From NCBI GenBank assembly GCA_031414955.1, contig JANOQV010000308.1:33769-97768 (forward strand): a stretch of DNA of 64,000 nucleotides, written 5' to 3'. Below, in pieces: positions 35,312-45,332 of this stretch; position 1 is the first letter of the stretch; every line of letters starts with the position of its first letter. The notes beneath the pieces are model-generated. The model saw only the letters and a program-made list of their open reading frames with translations, did not search any database and was not told where the DNA came from. A program made the translations under genes and the position numbers. The DNA is from Pedosphaera sp. (GTDB lineage: Bacteria > Verrucomicrobiota > Verrucomicrobiia > Limisphaerales > SIBH01).

Positions 35312-38300
35312 CTACGGAATGAACGGCGTGATGACGCGATAGTAGCGCTCGGGATCGAGCGGCGGCGACACGGCGGAGTTCACCAGCACCGTACGCACCG
35401 CGGTGGACGGGAAGATGTTGGTCACGTTCCCCCACAGCGCGTCCCCAAGATTCGTCCGGCAGAGGATGGAATAGGTGCGGTTGGTCTGAGCGGTGAACTG
35501 GAGCACGTTCGCGTTGGTCGCGGTCTGGATGAGCTTGAGCAGGCTGAGAGCATTGGTCGGGTTGGTGCCGGCAATAAACTCATCCCGGTTGCTCATGCCG
35601 TCGCCATCGAAGTCGAGCAGGCCATCGGCGGTGTTGTTGGTGCTGAAGCCGAAGTAGTTCGTCTCCCAGATGTCGGCCATGCCGTCGCCATCGAAGTCCC
35701 GCAACACGGTCATGGCCACCGAGGAACTGTTCACATTGCCGGCGGCGTTCACCACGTTGGCGCGCACGGTGAAGGCCGTCTGCGCGTTGGGGAAGATGAA
35801 GATGCCGCTGGTGTTGGTGAGGTAGCCGACGCCATTGGTCAGCCAGCGGTAGAAAATGGGCGGCGCGCCCGTGGCCTGGCAGATGAAGAGCGCGTTCTGG
35901 CCCTGAACAACCTGCTGGGCCAGCGGTTGGAGGATGATGCCGGGACGGATGCGGACGAAGACCTGGGCGTTGGTACTGGTGGCGGTGCTCAGGTCATCGG
36001 TGACGATGACGCGGAAGAGGCCGTGGCCAAAAGCCAGCGAGGCATTGGTAAAGCTGTAGGTGGCGTTGGTGGCGTTGGGCAGATTGGTGCCCTCGAACTG
36101 CCATTGGTAGCGAACCGTCCCCGTGCCCACGGCCAGCGAAACGACGTTCACGTTCGTGCCCGACTCGACCGTGATCTGGTTGGTCGGCGAGATGGTGAAC
36201 GTGACCGGTGCAACCACGGTGAGCAGCGCGTTCGAGCTGAAGACCAGCCCCGCCCCGTTCATGACGAGCACGGAATAATTGCCCGCCAGGGCGAAGCCAG
36301 GGTTGATCAAGACGAGCGAGTCAGCCGTTGCGCCCGGCACGTTGGTGCCATTCAGCCGCCACTGGTAGCGGAGGTCCACACCCGTGACCACCACCGAAAA
36401 TGTATTCGTACCCCGGCCGGAGACCGCGAGGCCGGGCGCGGGCTGGACGGTGATTTGCGGCGCCGCGCCGCCCGTGAAAGCCGCTCCAGGATTGGGAGCC
36501 ACGGCCACCCAGTTGGTGCCGTCGTCGCCGTAGTCCCCAGCCACGATGCGCTGCAAGGCCGGCCCGATGCCGTCGGCCAGTGGATCCCACGGAGCCTGAT
36601 CGCCGTAGTGGACGCGCTCGACCAGGATGGTGGTGATGTTGGTGGGCACGGAGGTGTCGGGCGTTTTCAATTCGACGCGATCATCCGAATTGTCGAGCTG
36701 CCCGGTGTACGGTCCGACGATGGCCACGTTGGTCCCGATACCGTAAATGGCGCGGAAGCCGGAGAGCAGCACGGTGTTGGTGGGATCGAAACTCACCACC
36801 ACGAGCAAACCGCCCGCCGGGATGCTGGTGTTCGTGCTGAAGCTGAAATGCACCGCGTCATCCAGCTTCCAACGATTGGTCGGATAAGTCGGGTCGAAGA
36901 GCGGCACGTTGGTGCCCGAAATGTTTTGCAGCTCCACGAATTCATCGAGCGAGTTGTCCAGGCCGGCGAGGTCCGGCGGATGGTACATGATTTCCGAGAT
37001 CAGGATGGGTCCGACCTTGGGGCCGGCGTTGGTGCCGTTGGGTGTGAGCGCCGTCTGCGCGACATGGCGCAGATCGCCGGTGCTCATGAAATAGCGCCCG
37101 ATGGAAACGCCCTGCTCCGTGGGGTCAAGGTTGAAGCCCTCGAAGTAGCCGGTGATGTTTCCGTTAGTGTCGCCGGCGAACACATACGCCTCGTCGCCCG
37201 CTGAACTGAAGCCGAAGGCGTTCAGGCCAGTGTTGAAGTCGGATTCATAAATGGTCAGGAAGCCGCCGACCGGAATGACGTTCGGCGCCGGGATGCGGTA
37301 CTTGCGCGGCTGGAAATAGTCGTCGCTGATCCACCAGTCGCCCACGTCCACCGCGTTGGTGGTGGGGTTGTGCAACTCGATGAAGTCCACCGCCGGGAAC
37401 ACGCTGTGAGCGAAGACTTCGTTGACCACGATGGGGGCGGAGACGACCGGCACGCCGTCGTTGGTGCCGGCCGAGCCGTAGTAAGCGGCGCTGGGCCGCC
37501 AGCTCGCTTTGAGGTCCCAGGTTTCGAAGGGAGCATTCTCGTCGATGATGACGAGCGAGAAGCCCAAGCCGTCCGTGATCGGATACCACGAGTTGTTGTA
37601 GGTGAAATCCATGATCTGCTCGCCCAGGGCGTCGTCGAGCTTGATGCGTTCGCCGGAGTTATCGAGGCTGTTGGAGTAAACGCCCGCGATGGTCGCGCTG
37701 CCGCCGTGCCGCAACGTGAAGGCCGCGGCGTTCTTGACCAGCAGTACGATCTGGCCGGGCGCGAGGTTCGTCAGCGCGCTGTTGGTGCGGAAGGCGAATT
37801 CCACGCCGTTGGTGAAGTGGATGCCCACGAGGTTGAGATTGACCGGGCCGATATTCTTCAACTCCAGGTATTCAAACTCCTCCTGCGCGTAGGGGCTGCC
37901 GACGTTGGTTGGGCCGGGATGATACATCAGTTCGGTGATGCGCAGGTACTGTTGAGGCAGGCTCGGGGCACCGACATAGGTGAAGGAGTTGTTGGTCTGG
38001 CCGGCGGCATTCAAGATGACGATCGTTTCACCCCGGGCATCCAGCGAGCCTTTGTAGGGCGCGATGACAAAAAGCCCCTGGCCGCTCCGGGGACCGGTGG
38101 TGCGGGAACGGAATCCAGCCAAATCCGGCGACAAGTAGAGCACGCTGTTGGATGGCACCACCGTGCCCGGTTTGAAGGTAAAGTTGACCGCGCCGTCCAG
38201 TTTCCAACCTGAGATATCGACGGCGAGTGGCGCAGGATTGCTGAGGCAGATGAACTCCTGGGCCTGGCTGGCGGAGGGCGGGTTGAACTCCAGCGCAACG

Positions 38301-41300
38301 ACCTCCAGCGTAACATCGGTGGGCTGGGTCAACGGGATGCCCGCATTACTGGTCGGGGTGATGCCGATCGGTTTGGCGGCGTTGGTGATGGAATGCGTGG
38401 CGTTCCAATGGTTCCGCCGCAAGTTGATGAACTGAGTGAACAATTCATCCACCGCGTTGGTGAGCGGTTTGTTGGACGCCGTCCATGTCGAGTAGCCCCA
38501 ACCGGCGCGGTCGAGGAAAGCTTCGTTCCAAATCAGGTTGGTCATGTAACGGATGTGGGTTTCCAACAGGCGTGACTCCGGAGCCACGCCCGGCTCCAGA
38601 ACCCAGCGGTCCAGGATCGTGCGCTGACGGCGCAGCAGCATCTGGCGGGTCTCCGGCAACGCGATGATCACGTCGTAGATGCGGTTATAGGTGCCGCCGT
38701 CGCAGGCAATGATGGTGGAGCCGCCGTAGAGCGGATGGCTCTTGCAGGTATCGGCGATCGCGTCCAGCGGCGTGATGCCGCCATACCGCTGGCCCCAGGA
38801 GGCATTCATATCGAAGGGGATGACCCGCCAGAGCTGGTCGCCGTAGGTGTCGCGATGGAGGGACATGTTCGCCCACACGTCGTCGTTCTCGGCGTTCCAC
38901 CGGGCGCCGGCCAGGTAATTGATGACTTCCGGAATGTCCAGCATGTCGAAGGCGGCGGCGCGCCGGTTGGTGACGGCGGCGGTTTCCACGATGCCGTTGA
39001 CGAGCTGGTTATAGTCCGTGTAATCCGGCGGGCCGTCCGGCTCCAATTTCTGAAAGACGCCCGTGCTGGACCGGCTTAACAAGACGTTGCCCGCCGCCTT
39101 GTAAAGGGCACCCTTGGGATCGTAGCCCATGCGTTCCACCTGTTCCTGGCCGATCACGTCGTTGTGGAAGACCAACCCGTAGAACTGGCCGTTGAGCTGC
39201 GTCCGCACCGGATAGAACAACGGGGTCGGCATCCCCATTTGTTCCAGCATCCAGAACGACAGATGCTGCCGAAGGTAGGCCGGGTCGAGAAACTCGGCCA
39301 TGAACGAGGTTTTGCGGATGCGCGGGAAGCCGGGCAAATGCCGGAACAGGTGCTCGCGGTTAAATTCCAAGCGATGGGACTTCTTATTTTGGCCCGCCGA
39401 AGTGTTGCCGCGCAGTTCCATGTAAACATTGTCGTAGAATTCGCCGTCGTAAAAAATGGCGATACGTCCGCCGCCCTCGCCATCCGCGCCCGTCTGCGTG
39501 GTCACAGGAGTCACCCGTGGCGTCTGAAGCACTGCGGGGGCCGCGAAGAGATGGAAGATCGGCAGCTTGCTCGTGACATTGGTCGGATCGACGATGGTGC
39601 CGAGGTATTCAGCGGAATTCACCGCGCTGGCAAAAATAGGAAAGCGCGAGGTGTTGCCATTGACGTCCGTGGAGCGGAAAAACCAGCGGATCATCTGACC
39701 GTTGGTCGAGCCGCTGGCCGCGGGGATGGTGACTCCATAGACCCCGTCCGCCGCCGCGCCGTCGCCGTGCGCGCCGTCATCAAACATCTGCAACTCGATC
39801 TCCGGGCCGAACATGATGCGATAACGCGCCACGAGATTGGACACCGCATAGAACGTGGGCTGAAGCCGGGCCGTGAGCACAATGTCCTCCGCGTCGAGCG
39901 GCACGTTCGGCGTATGGCTCGCATTGAGGATCGAGGGACCAGGATTGGCCACGCCGCCGAGATTGAGCGCACCGGGCGAGGGCGGCGAAAAATACAGCGG
40001 CGTGGACGAGGCCACCTCCACGCTCGTGATCACCACCTCGGCCGCGATGAGGAAGTTCGTGTCCGACGAGGAGGCGTTGAGTCCGTGAATGGCCAGCACG
40101 TTTGATCCCGCCACCAACACAGCCGAGCCCAGCAGGAAAGTCTCGACCGCGATCGAAGAATGAACACCCGTGGACTGCGCTTGATAGTCGAGAGTCTCGG
40201 GTGCGTTCACGCGCACCACTTCGATTCCGTTGAGGTAGGCGACGAAACCGTCGTTGTAGCGCATGCGCAGCGAAACCTGCGCGGCGTTGGTCGGATTGGC
40301 GATGGTGAAGGGAATGCGCACATAGGCGCTGGCACTCAGGTTTGACATGACGGTGCTGACGTCGGTGCGAATCAGCGCACTGGAGGAACCGCCGCTGGCA
40401 TTCGTGCCCGCCTGATAAAGCCCGAGGATTTCCGCCGGTGAAAGGGCGCGATGGTAAACGACCACTTCATCGATGAGTCCATTGAAGAAATTGCCCGCTG
40501 CGTCCTGAACACCCCCGCCGCCAATGTTAAAACCGAAAGCGGAAGTGCCATAGCTGCCCGTGGGAGCACCACCAGAACCCGCCTGCACGCCATCGATAAA
40601 AATGCGGATGGTCGATCCGTCCGCCACGCCGATGACATGGTGCCACTGGTTGAGCGGAAACGGATAGGGCACTGCGGTCAAGGAACCACCGCCGGGCGTC
40701 CAAAGTTCCAACGTGGTCGCGCTGATGAAGCCGAACTCCACGCAGTCATTCTGGCCGAACAATCCGGTGCGCGCCGCAGGCGCGGCCTGGGGATTGATCC
40801 AGCCGCCCACCGTGAAGGCATTGCGCCCGCTCAAGAGACCCGAAGAGCCGGCCACGAAGGCACTGGAACCATTGAATGTCGGCGCATTGTTGTTGCCCTC
40901 GAACCCATTGAAGGCCGGCGGACGCGGACCCGCCGTGCCCAGCGTGGCGGCGGTGTAAGTGCCGTTGAGGCCGCCGCCCGAGCCGATGTTGGCCGCCGTG
41001 GTGCCGCTGGTTTCGTTCAAGCGCCAGTAACCCAACGGGGCCGTGGGCAACACGGCCAGCGAATAATCCGCCTGCAGAAAACTGCCGAAGCCCACGCCGT
41101 TCGTGCCCGCCGTCCAGGCGCTGTCGTCGTAGCCGTTGGTCAGCCAGTTGCCTTCCGAGCCGTTGGGAATCCGCACGCGCACGGCGGCGTTGGTGCTCAC
41201 GGCGGTGAAGTTCGTAGTCAACGAAACGAAACCATAAGAGACATCCGGCACCTGGCCGGGGTAGGCCGGCGAAAACAGCGAGGCGACCGTCACCCCATCC

Positions 41301-41671
41301 GGCTTGACCAGCGCGAGAAACTCGCCGCCTGCGCTCAGGTTGAAGCTGGTGTGCAGCGTCGCGCCCGGCACCGAACGGTTTTTCCCGTCAGCAAAGATGA
41401 CCAGGAAGCTGCCGGCCAAGATGTTCGTGTTCGGGATGCGCCACTTGGTCGGATTGCCCGCGCTGTCGGTCAGGAACCAGCCGTCGAGGTTCACGTTCGT
41501 GGTGCCGGAATTGTAGAGTTCGATCCAGTCGCCGAAGGTGTTGTCCTCATCGCGCAGGCCGCTGGTGTTCGAGGCCAGGAACTCGGAGATGGTCACCGTC
41601 TCGGCGGCGCGGACGAGCGGTGTGGAGGCGAAAACACACGCCAACAACAGGAGCGAATAGATTTTTTGCAT
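35312..41671 (-). CDS. Large exported protein: lamin-tail domains, LamG, CotH kinase-like domain, Ig-like repeats, C-terminal domain
   Basis: ISEFLASN..DWIELYN, ITELMYHP, VNEVFAH, ISEIMYHP lamin-tail repeats; LRGNTS/IPFDMN CotH-like motifs; YQW Ig domains; DxDGDG motifs; ends ERYYRVITPFIP. Confidence 0.9.
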   Translation of the reverse strand: MQKIYSLLLLACVFASTPLVRAAETVTISEFLASNTSGLRDEDNTFGDWIELYNSGTTNVNLDGWFLTDSAGNPTKWRIPNTNILAGSFLVIFADGKNRSVPGATLHTSFNLSAGGEFLALVKPDGVTVASLFSPAYPGQVPDVSYGFVSLTTNFTAVSTNAAVRVRIPNGSEGNWLTNGYDDSAWTAGTNGVGFGSFLQADYSLAVLPTAPLGYWRLNETSGTTAANIGSGGGLNGTYTAATLGTAGPRPPAFNGFEGNNNAPTFNGSSAFVAGSSGLLSGRNAFTVGGWINPQAAPAARTGLFGQNDCVEFGFISATTLELWTPGGGSLTAVPYPFPLNQWHHVIGVADGSTIRIFIDGVQAGSGGAPTGSYGTSAFGFNIGGGGVQDAAGNFFNGLIDEVVVYHRALSPAEILGLYQAGTNASGGSSSALIRTDVSTVMSNLSASAYVRIPFTIANPTNAAQVSLRMRYNDGFVAYLNGIEVVRVNAPETLDYQAQSTGVHSSIAVETFLLGSAVLVAGSNVLAIHGLNASSSDTNFLIAAEVVITSVEVASSTPLYFSPPSPGALNLGGVANPGPSILNASHTPNVPLDAEDIVLTARLQPTFYAVSNLVARYRIMFGPEIELQMFDDGAHGDGAAADGVYGVTIPAASGSTNGQMIRWFFRSTDVNGNTSRFPIFASAVNSAEYLGTIVDPTNVTSKLPIFHLFAAPAVLQTPRVTPVTTQTGADGEGGGRIAIFYDGEFYDNVYMELRGNTSAGQNKKSHRLEFNREHLFRHLPGFPRIRKTSFMAEFLDPAYLRQHLSFWMLEQMGMPTPLFYPVRTQLNGQFYGLVFHNDVIGQEQVERMGYDPKGALYKAAGNVLLSRSSTGVFQKLEPDGPPDYTDYNQLVNGIVETAAVTNRRAAAFDMLDIPEVINYLAGARWNAENDDVWANMSLHRDTYGDQLWRVIPFDMNASWGQRYGGITPLDAIADTCKSHPLYGGSTIIACDGGTYNRIYDVIIALPETRQMLLRRQRTILDRWVLEPGVAPESRLLETHIRYMTNLIWNEAFLDRAGWGYSTWTASNKPLTNAVDELFTQFINLRRNHWNATHSITNAAKPIGITPTSNAGIPLTQPTDVTLEVVALEFNPPSASQAQEFICLSNPAPLAVDISGWKLDGAVNFTFKPGTVVPSNSVLYLSPDLAGFRSRTTGPRSGQGLFVIAPYKGSLDARGETIVILNAAGQTNNSFTYVGAPSLPQQYLRITELMYHPGPTNVGSPYAQEEFEYLELKNIGPVNLNLVGIHFTNGVEFAFRTNSALTNLAPGQIVLLVKNAAAFTLRHGGSATIAGVYSNSLDNSGERIKLDDALGEQIMDFTYNNSWYPITDGLGFSLVIIDENAPFETWDLKASWRPSAAYYGSAGTNDGVPVVSAPIVVNEVFAHSVFPAVDFIELHNPTTNAVDVGDWWISDDYFQPRKYRIPAPNVIPVGGFLTIYESDFNTGLNAFGFSSAGDEAYVFAGDTNGNITGYFEGFNLDPTEQGVSIGRYFMSTGDLRHVAQTALTPNGTNAGPKVGPILISEIMYHPPDLAGLDNSLDEFVELQNISGTNVPLFDPTYPTNRWKLDDAVHFSFSTNTSIPAGGLLVVVSFDPTNTVLLSGFRAIYGIGTNVAIVGPYTGQLDNSDDRVELKTPDTSVPTNITTILVERVHYGDQAPWDPLADGIGPALQRIVAGDYGDDGTNWVAVAPNPGAAFTGGAAPQITVQPAPGLAVSGRGTNTFSVVVTGVDLRYQWRLNGTNVPGATADSLVLINPGFALAGNYSVLVMNGAGLVFSSNALLTVVAPVTFTISPTNQITVESGTNVNVVSLAVGTGTVRYQWQFEGTNLPNATNATYSFTNASLAFGHGLFRVIVTDDLSTATSTNAQVFVRIRPGIILQPLAQQVVQGQNALFICQATGAPPIFYRWLTNGVGYLTNTSGIFIFPNAQTAFTVRANVVNAAGNVNSSSVAMTVLRDFDGDGMADIWETNYFGFSTNNTADGLLDFDGDGMSNRDEFIAGTNPTNALSLLKLIQTATNANVLQFTAQTNRTYSILCRTNLGDALWGNVTNIFPSTAVRTVLVNSAVSPPLDPERYYRVITPFIP

Positions 41672-41884
41672 AGACTGTCTGGGATTCGCCGCAGACTGGC
41701 ACAAGCTGCGGATGGGGGCGAGAAATTTTTGCCAGGCACGTTGAGCGCCAGAGGCGCGCAAGCGAGTAGTCCACGGCGTGAAACTCACGGCGGATGCGCG
41801 TGGGTCACGCGCGATTCAAGCGTTCAGGGCGCGAAGCCATCGGAAACCTTGCGCGGCACCGGGCGTGCTTGGAGAGTGACGAGC

Positions 41885-42529
41885 ATGAGAACCAAGATGC
41901 AGCGAGCCAGGGGGTGGACGGTGGTGGAAGTGCTCCTTGTCATTGCAACCGCCGTGCTGGTGGCGGCCGTGCTTTTGCCGATGTTGGCAAGAACCCACCG
42001 ACACCCGCCCCACCGCGTGCAATGCGCCAATAATCTCAAACACGCGGGTTTGGCCTTCCGCCTTTGGGCCAACGACCATGACGATCAATTTCCACAGACC
42101 TCGACTAGCTCGAACAGTTCCATCGCTTGGGCGAATTCCCCGCAGGTCTTCCGTCATTTCTCTGTCATGTCGAATGAGTTGGTAACGCCGAAAGTTCTTG
42201 TCTGCTCGTTTGATTCCAAACGAACCAAGGCTGCCGACTTTACCAATTTCTCCAACGCCAATCTCAGCTACTTCGTCGCGCTGGAAGCCGATGAATCGAA
42301 GCCCCAGCGCCTGTTGAGTGGCGACCGCAACCTCACCGGCGGCACGTTGAGCAACGGCTTCCTTCGCACACTCACCTCCAACACCCTGGCCGGCTGGACC
42401 ACCGAGTTGCACAACAAAGCCGGCAACGTCGGCCTGTCCGATGGCAGCGTGCAGCAAGTGACCGGGATGCTCTTACAACGCCAACTCCAAGCAGGCGACC
42501 TCACCGCCATCCGCCTCGCCATTCCATGA
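41885..42529 (+). CDS. Prepilin-type N-terminal cleavage/methylation protein with H-X9-DG motif
   Basis: RG-WTVVE hydrophobic N-terminus, CANNLK, H-NKAGNVGLS-DG. Confidence 0.85.
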   Translation: MRTKMQRARGWTVVEVLLVIATAVLVAAVLLPMLARTHRHPPHRVQCANNLKHAGLAFRLWANDHDDQFPQTSTSSNSSIAWANSPQVFRHFSVMSNELVTPKVLVCSFDSKRTKAADFTNFSNANLSYFVALEADESKPQRLLSGDRNLTGGTLSNGFLRTLTSNTLAGWTTELHNKAGNVGLSDGSVQQVTGMLLQRQLQAGDLTAIRLAIP

Positions 42530-43200
42530 AGTTGAACCCACCACCGCGTCGGCTGACCGGTCTGAGCCTGTTCGAAGTAACCTTGGTGCTGGCCACGGTG
42601 ATTCTGGTCGCGCTGGTGTTTCTCCCCATGCTGGCCCGCTCCAAGCCGGGAAGAAACCGCGTGGGCTGCGCGAGCAACCTCAAGCAGATCGGCCTCAGCC
42701 ACCGCATGTTCGCGAACGACCATGACGACAAGTTCCCTTTTGCCGTGTCCAACGAACTCGGCGGCACACTCGCCTTTGCGAATTCACCGCAGGTGTTCCG
42801 TCACTTCGAAGCGCTGTCGAACGAATTGGTCAGGCCCAAGGTGCTCATCTGCTCAAAGGACCGGATGAGCGGAGCCAGGGTTCCGGCCTCCAATTTCCTT
42901 TCCAGCCTCGCGAACAGCAACGTGAGTTACTTCGTCGGGTTGGACGCGGATGAATCCAAACCGGAGCGCCTGTTGAGCGGCGACCGCAACCTCACCGGCG
43001 GCGCGTTAAGCCAAGGCTGGCTGCGACTGATGACCCCAGCCACGCCCGCCGACTGGACCGGGGAGATTCACCTCGAAGGCAAAACTCCATCCGGCCACAT
43101 CGGCCTGGCCGACGGCAGCGCGCAGCAGATGGAAGCGCCGCAATTACGCCAGCAGCTTCAATCCAACCGCCTCGCTGTGACGCGGCTGGCAATCCCATGA
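42526..43200 (+). CDS. Prepilin-type protein, paralog of the preceding gene
   Basis: [43 protein letters not shown] overlap. Confidence 0.85.
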   Translation: MKLNPPPRRLTGLSLFEVTLVLATVILVALVFLPMLARSKPGRNRVGCASNLKQIGLSHRMFANDHDDKFPFAVSNELGGTLAFANSPQVFRHFEALSNELVRPKVLICSKDRMSGARVPASNFLSSLANSNVSYFVGLDADESKPERLLSGDRNLTGGALSQGWLRLMTPATPADWTGEIHLEGKTPSGHIGLADGSAQQMEAPQLRQQLQSNRLAVTRLAIP

Positions 43201-44375
43201 ACCCGCGCCTAAACTTCCCGCACATGCGTCGCGCGTTCACTTTGATCGAGTTGCTTTGCACCATCGCCATCATCGCGATTCTGGCGGCCTTGCTGTTGCC
43301 GGTGCTGGAGCGCGGCCTATCCAGAGCGCGCCGCACGGTGTGCCTGAACAACCTCCGCAGCACCGGCGTGGCCTTCAATGCCTGGGCGCACGACCACTCG
43401 GACTTTTTCCCGATGCAGTTGTCCACCAATCAGAGCGGCACGAAGGAACTCGCCGAGCTGACCACGATGAGTCCCGACCAGTCCTTGACCCATCGCCACC
43501 TCCAGGCGCTGTCGAATGAACTGGTCCTGGCCAAGGTGTTGCGCTGCCCGGCGGACCATCTGCGCGTCGCGGCGGAGGATTTCGCCCGGCTCGACAACAC
43601 CAACGTCAGCTACTGGATCAACCTTGCCGCCAGCATGGCCCAGCCCTCGGTGCCCCTGGCCGGGGACCGGAACGTGCGCACCTCGGGCCGGACCGAGTGG
43701 ACCTTCATCACCTTTGGGACGGGGGATCGCGTGGAGTTCAATGCCGAGTTGCACGGATACCAGGGCAATGTCCTTTTCGGCGACGGCCATGTGGAACTGC
43801 TCGCGGCGGCGGGACTGGTCAAAGCCTTCAGCGGCACGAATGGTCTGGAAGCCACGCTGAGTCTGCCCCGGCCGACGTATGTTCCGCCCGGTGCCACCAC
43901 GACCTCCGGTTCAGAAGGCAACAGCCCGACGCCGAATGGGGGCGGCACCCCGGAGCCAGGCACGTCCGTCTCGTCGCCATCGGCACCCAAGCCAACCGGG
44001 GCAACCCCGGCGAGCGTTGCCGCCAACCCGGCCATTCCCGCCAGCCCGAATCGCGCGGCTCCCGCCGGACAAAATCCAGCCGGCCCAGGTTCCATCGTCA
44101 ATCCCAACGACGGAACCATGACCGTGGTCATGCTGGACGGCTCGCAAGTTTCGACCAACTGGCCGGAAGGAAAAGCGATCTTGTCCAACACCAATTGGTC
44201 TCGAACGGAAGTAGCCGCCACGCCTGCGGACCCGATCATCGAATTCCTCCGGCAATTGACGCGCCAGGCGGCCAACCACACCTACTGGTTGCTGCTGCTC
44301 CTCCTGCTGGTGTTCGTCGCTTTGGAAATCGCGCGCCGGCGGGCCGGGCGCAAGAAGCGACGGCGATTCCGATGA
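43197..44375 (+). CDS. Prepilin-type H-X9-DG protein with Pro/Ser/Thr linker and C-terminal membrane anchor
   Basis: [27 protein letters not shown], then low-complexity linker, [14 protein letters not shown] and [13 protein letters not shown]. Confidence 0.85.
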   Translation: MNPRLNFPHMRRAFTLIELLCTIAIIAILAALLLPVLERGLSRARRTVCLNNLRSTGVAFNAWAHDHSDFFPMQLSTNQSGTKELAELTTMSPDQSLTHRHLQALSNELVLAKVLRCPADHLRVAAEDFARLDNTNVSYWINLAASMAQPSVPLAGDRNVRTSGRTEWTFITFGTGDRVEFNAELHGYQGNVLFGDGHVELLAAAGLVKAFSGTNGLEATLSLPRPTYVPPGATTTSGSEGNSPTPNGGGTPEPGTSVSSPSAPKPTGATPASVAANPAIPASPNRAAPAGQNPAGPGSIVNPNDGTMTVVMLDGSQVSTNWPEGKAILSNTNWSRTEVAATPADPIIEFLRQLTRQAANHTYWLLLLLLLVFVALEIARRRAGRKKRRRFR

Positions 44376-44453
44376 GGCTCAGGCGGCGCAGCGGCGGCCA
44401 GGCTCGCGCGGCGCGGCGGGTTCGCTCCGCGGACTGCGACTGACAGCACCGGC

Positions 44454-45332
44454 CTACTTGGGTCGGAAGCCCGGCGGGAGGTTGGAGGGAGTCGGTGCGG
44501 GCGCGGTGTCCTGACCCACGGGGACTTCGGGCGCGGCGGTCGGGATGAAGTTCGGATCAATCTGCACCAGACGCTCCCGGGCCTTGTTCGCCGCCGTGGT
44601 CTGGCCGTACTCGGCGTCGATGCGGCGCAGCAAGGCGACCGCTTTGTCCGCCTGGTTGAGACGCCCGGAATAGATATTCGCCAGATGAATGGCCGCCCAG
44701 CCCCAGCGTTCCGGCAGCAAGTTCTTCTTCAGCACCTCCTCGTATTCCAGCGCGGCGGCCAGCGGGTTGTTGAGGTTCTCCTCGTAAATCTCGGCGATGC
44801 GCAGCGCCACATATTGCTCGCGCGGATGCTTGTTCAGGTACTCGCGCAAGGCGTTCACGCACTCGAGGTACTTGCCGTCCTTCCACAATTCCTCGGCCTG
44901 ATCGTATTCCGGATCGACGGGCGCGCCGTCGTCGTTGAACAGGGCCTTCTCCGCGCGGCCGCCCAGAAATTGCGCGACATCGAAGGCGATCAACAACGCC
45001 AGACCGAGGCCGAACAAAACCATGGCCAGGCCATAGACCAGCATGCGAGTAAGGCCACGCGACGAAGCGCCGGCGGCTTCCACGGCCAAATCAGGCTTGT
45101 CGCGCATCCCGACGGCGAGGTTGGTCGGGGGCGGGTTGGTCGCCACGGCTTCCGCCGTAAGATTGGTGACGTCCGTGGTGTTGGTGTCCTCGGTGGACTC
45201 CCGGGCCAGCTTTTCCACCCGGCGCTGGCTGGCTTTGGCGGCCTCCCGGTAACCTTCCAGGGTGATCGAGCCAAGAACGACCAGCGCGACCATGCACACC
45301 GCGTAGAGAATGAGTTTGAGCTTCCGGCTCAT
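44454..45332 (-). CDS. Two-TM membrane protein with C-terminal TPR domain
   Basis: Two hydrophobic helices, then YDQAEELW..LRIAEIYEE..LANIY TPR-like repeats. Confidence 0.8.
   Translation of the reverse strand: MSRKLKLILYAVCMVALVVLGSITLEGYREAAKASQRRVEKLARESTEDTNTTDVTNLTAEAVATNPPPTNLAVGMRDKPDLAVEAAGASSRGLTRMLVYGLAMVLFGLGLALLIAFDVAQFLGGRAEKALFNDDGAPVDPEYDQAEELWKDGKYLECVNALREYLNKHPREQYVALRIAEIYEENLNNPLAAALEYEEVLKKNLLPERWGWAAIHLANIYSGRLNQADKAVALLRRIDAEYGQTTAANKARERLVQIDPNFIPTAAPEVPVGQDTAPAPTPSNLPPGFRPK

Noticed and set aside
40451..41884. Long N-terminal extension of the first prepilin ORF (692 aa)
   Set aside because: Antisense to the CotH gene; the prepilin signal places the start near 41885
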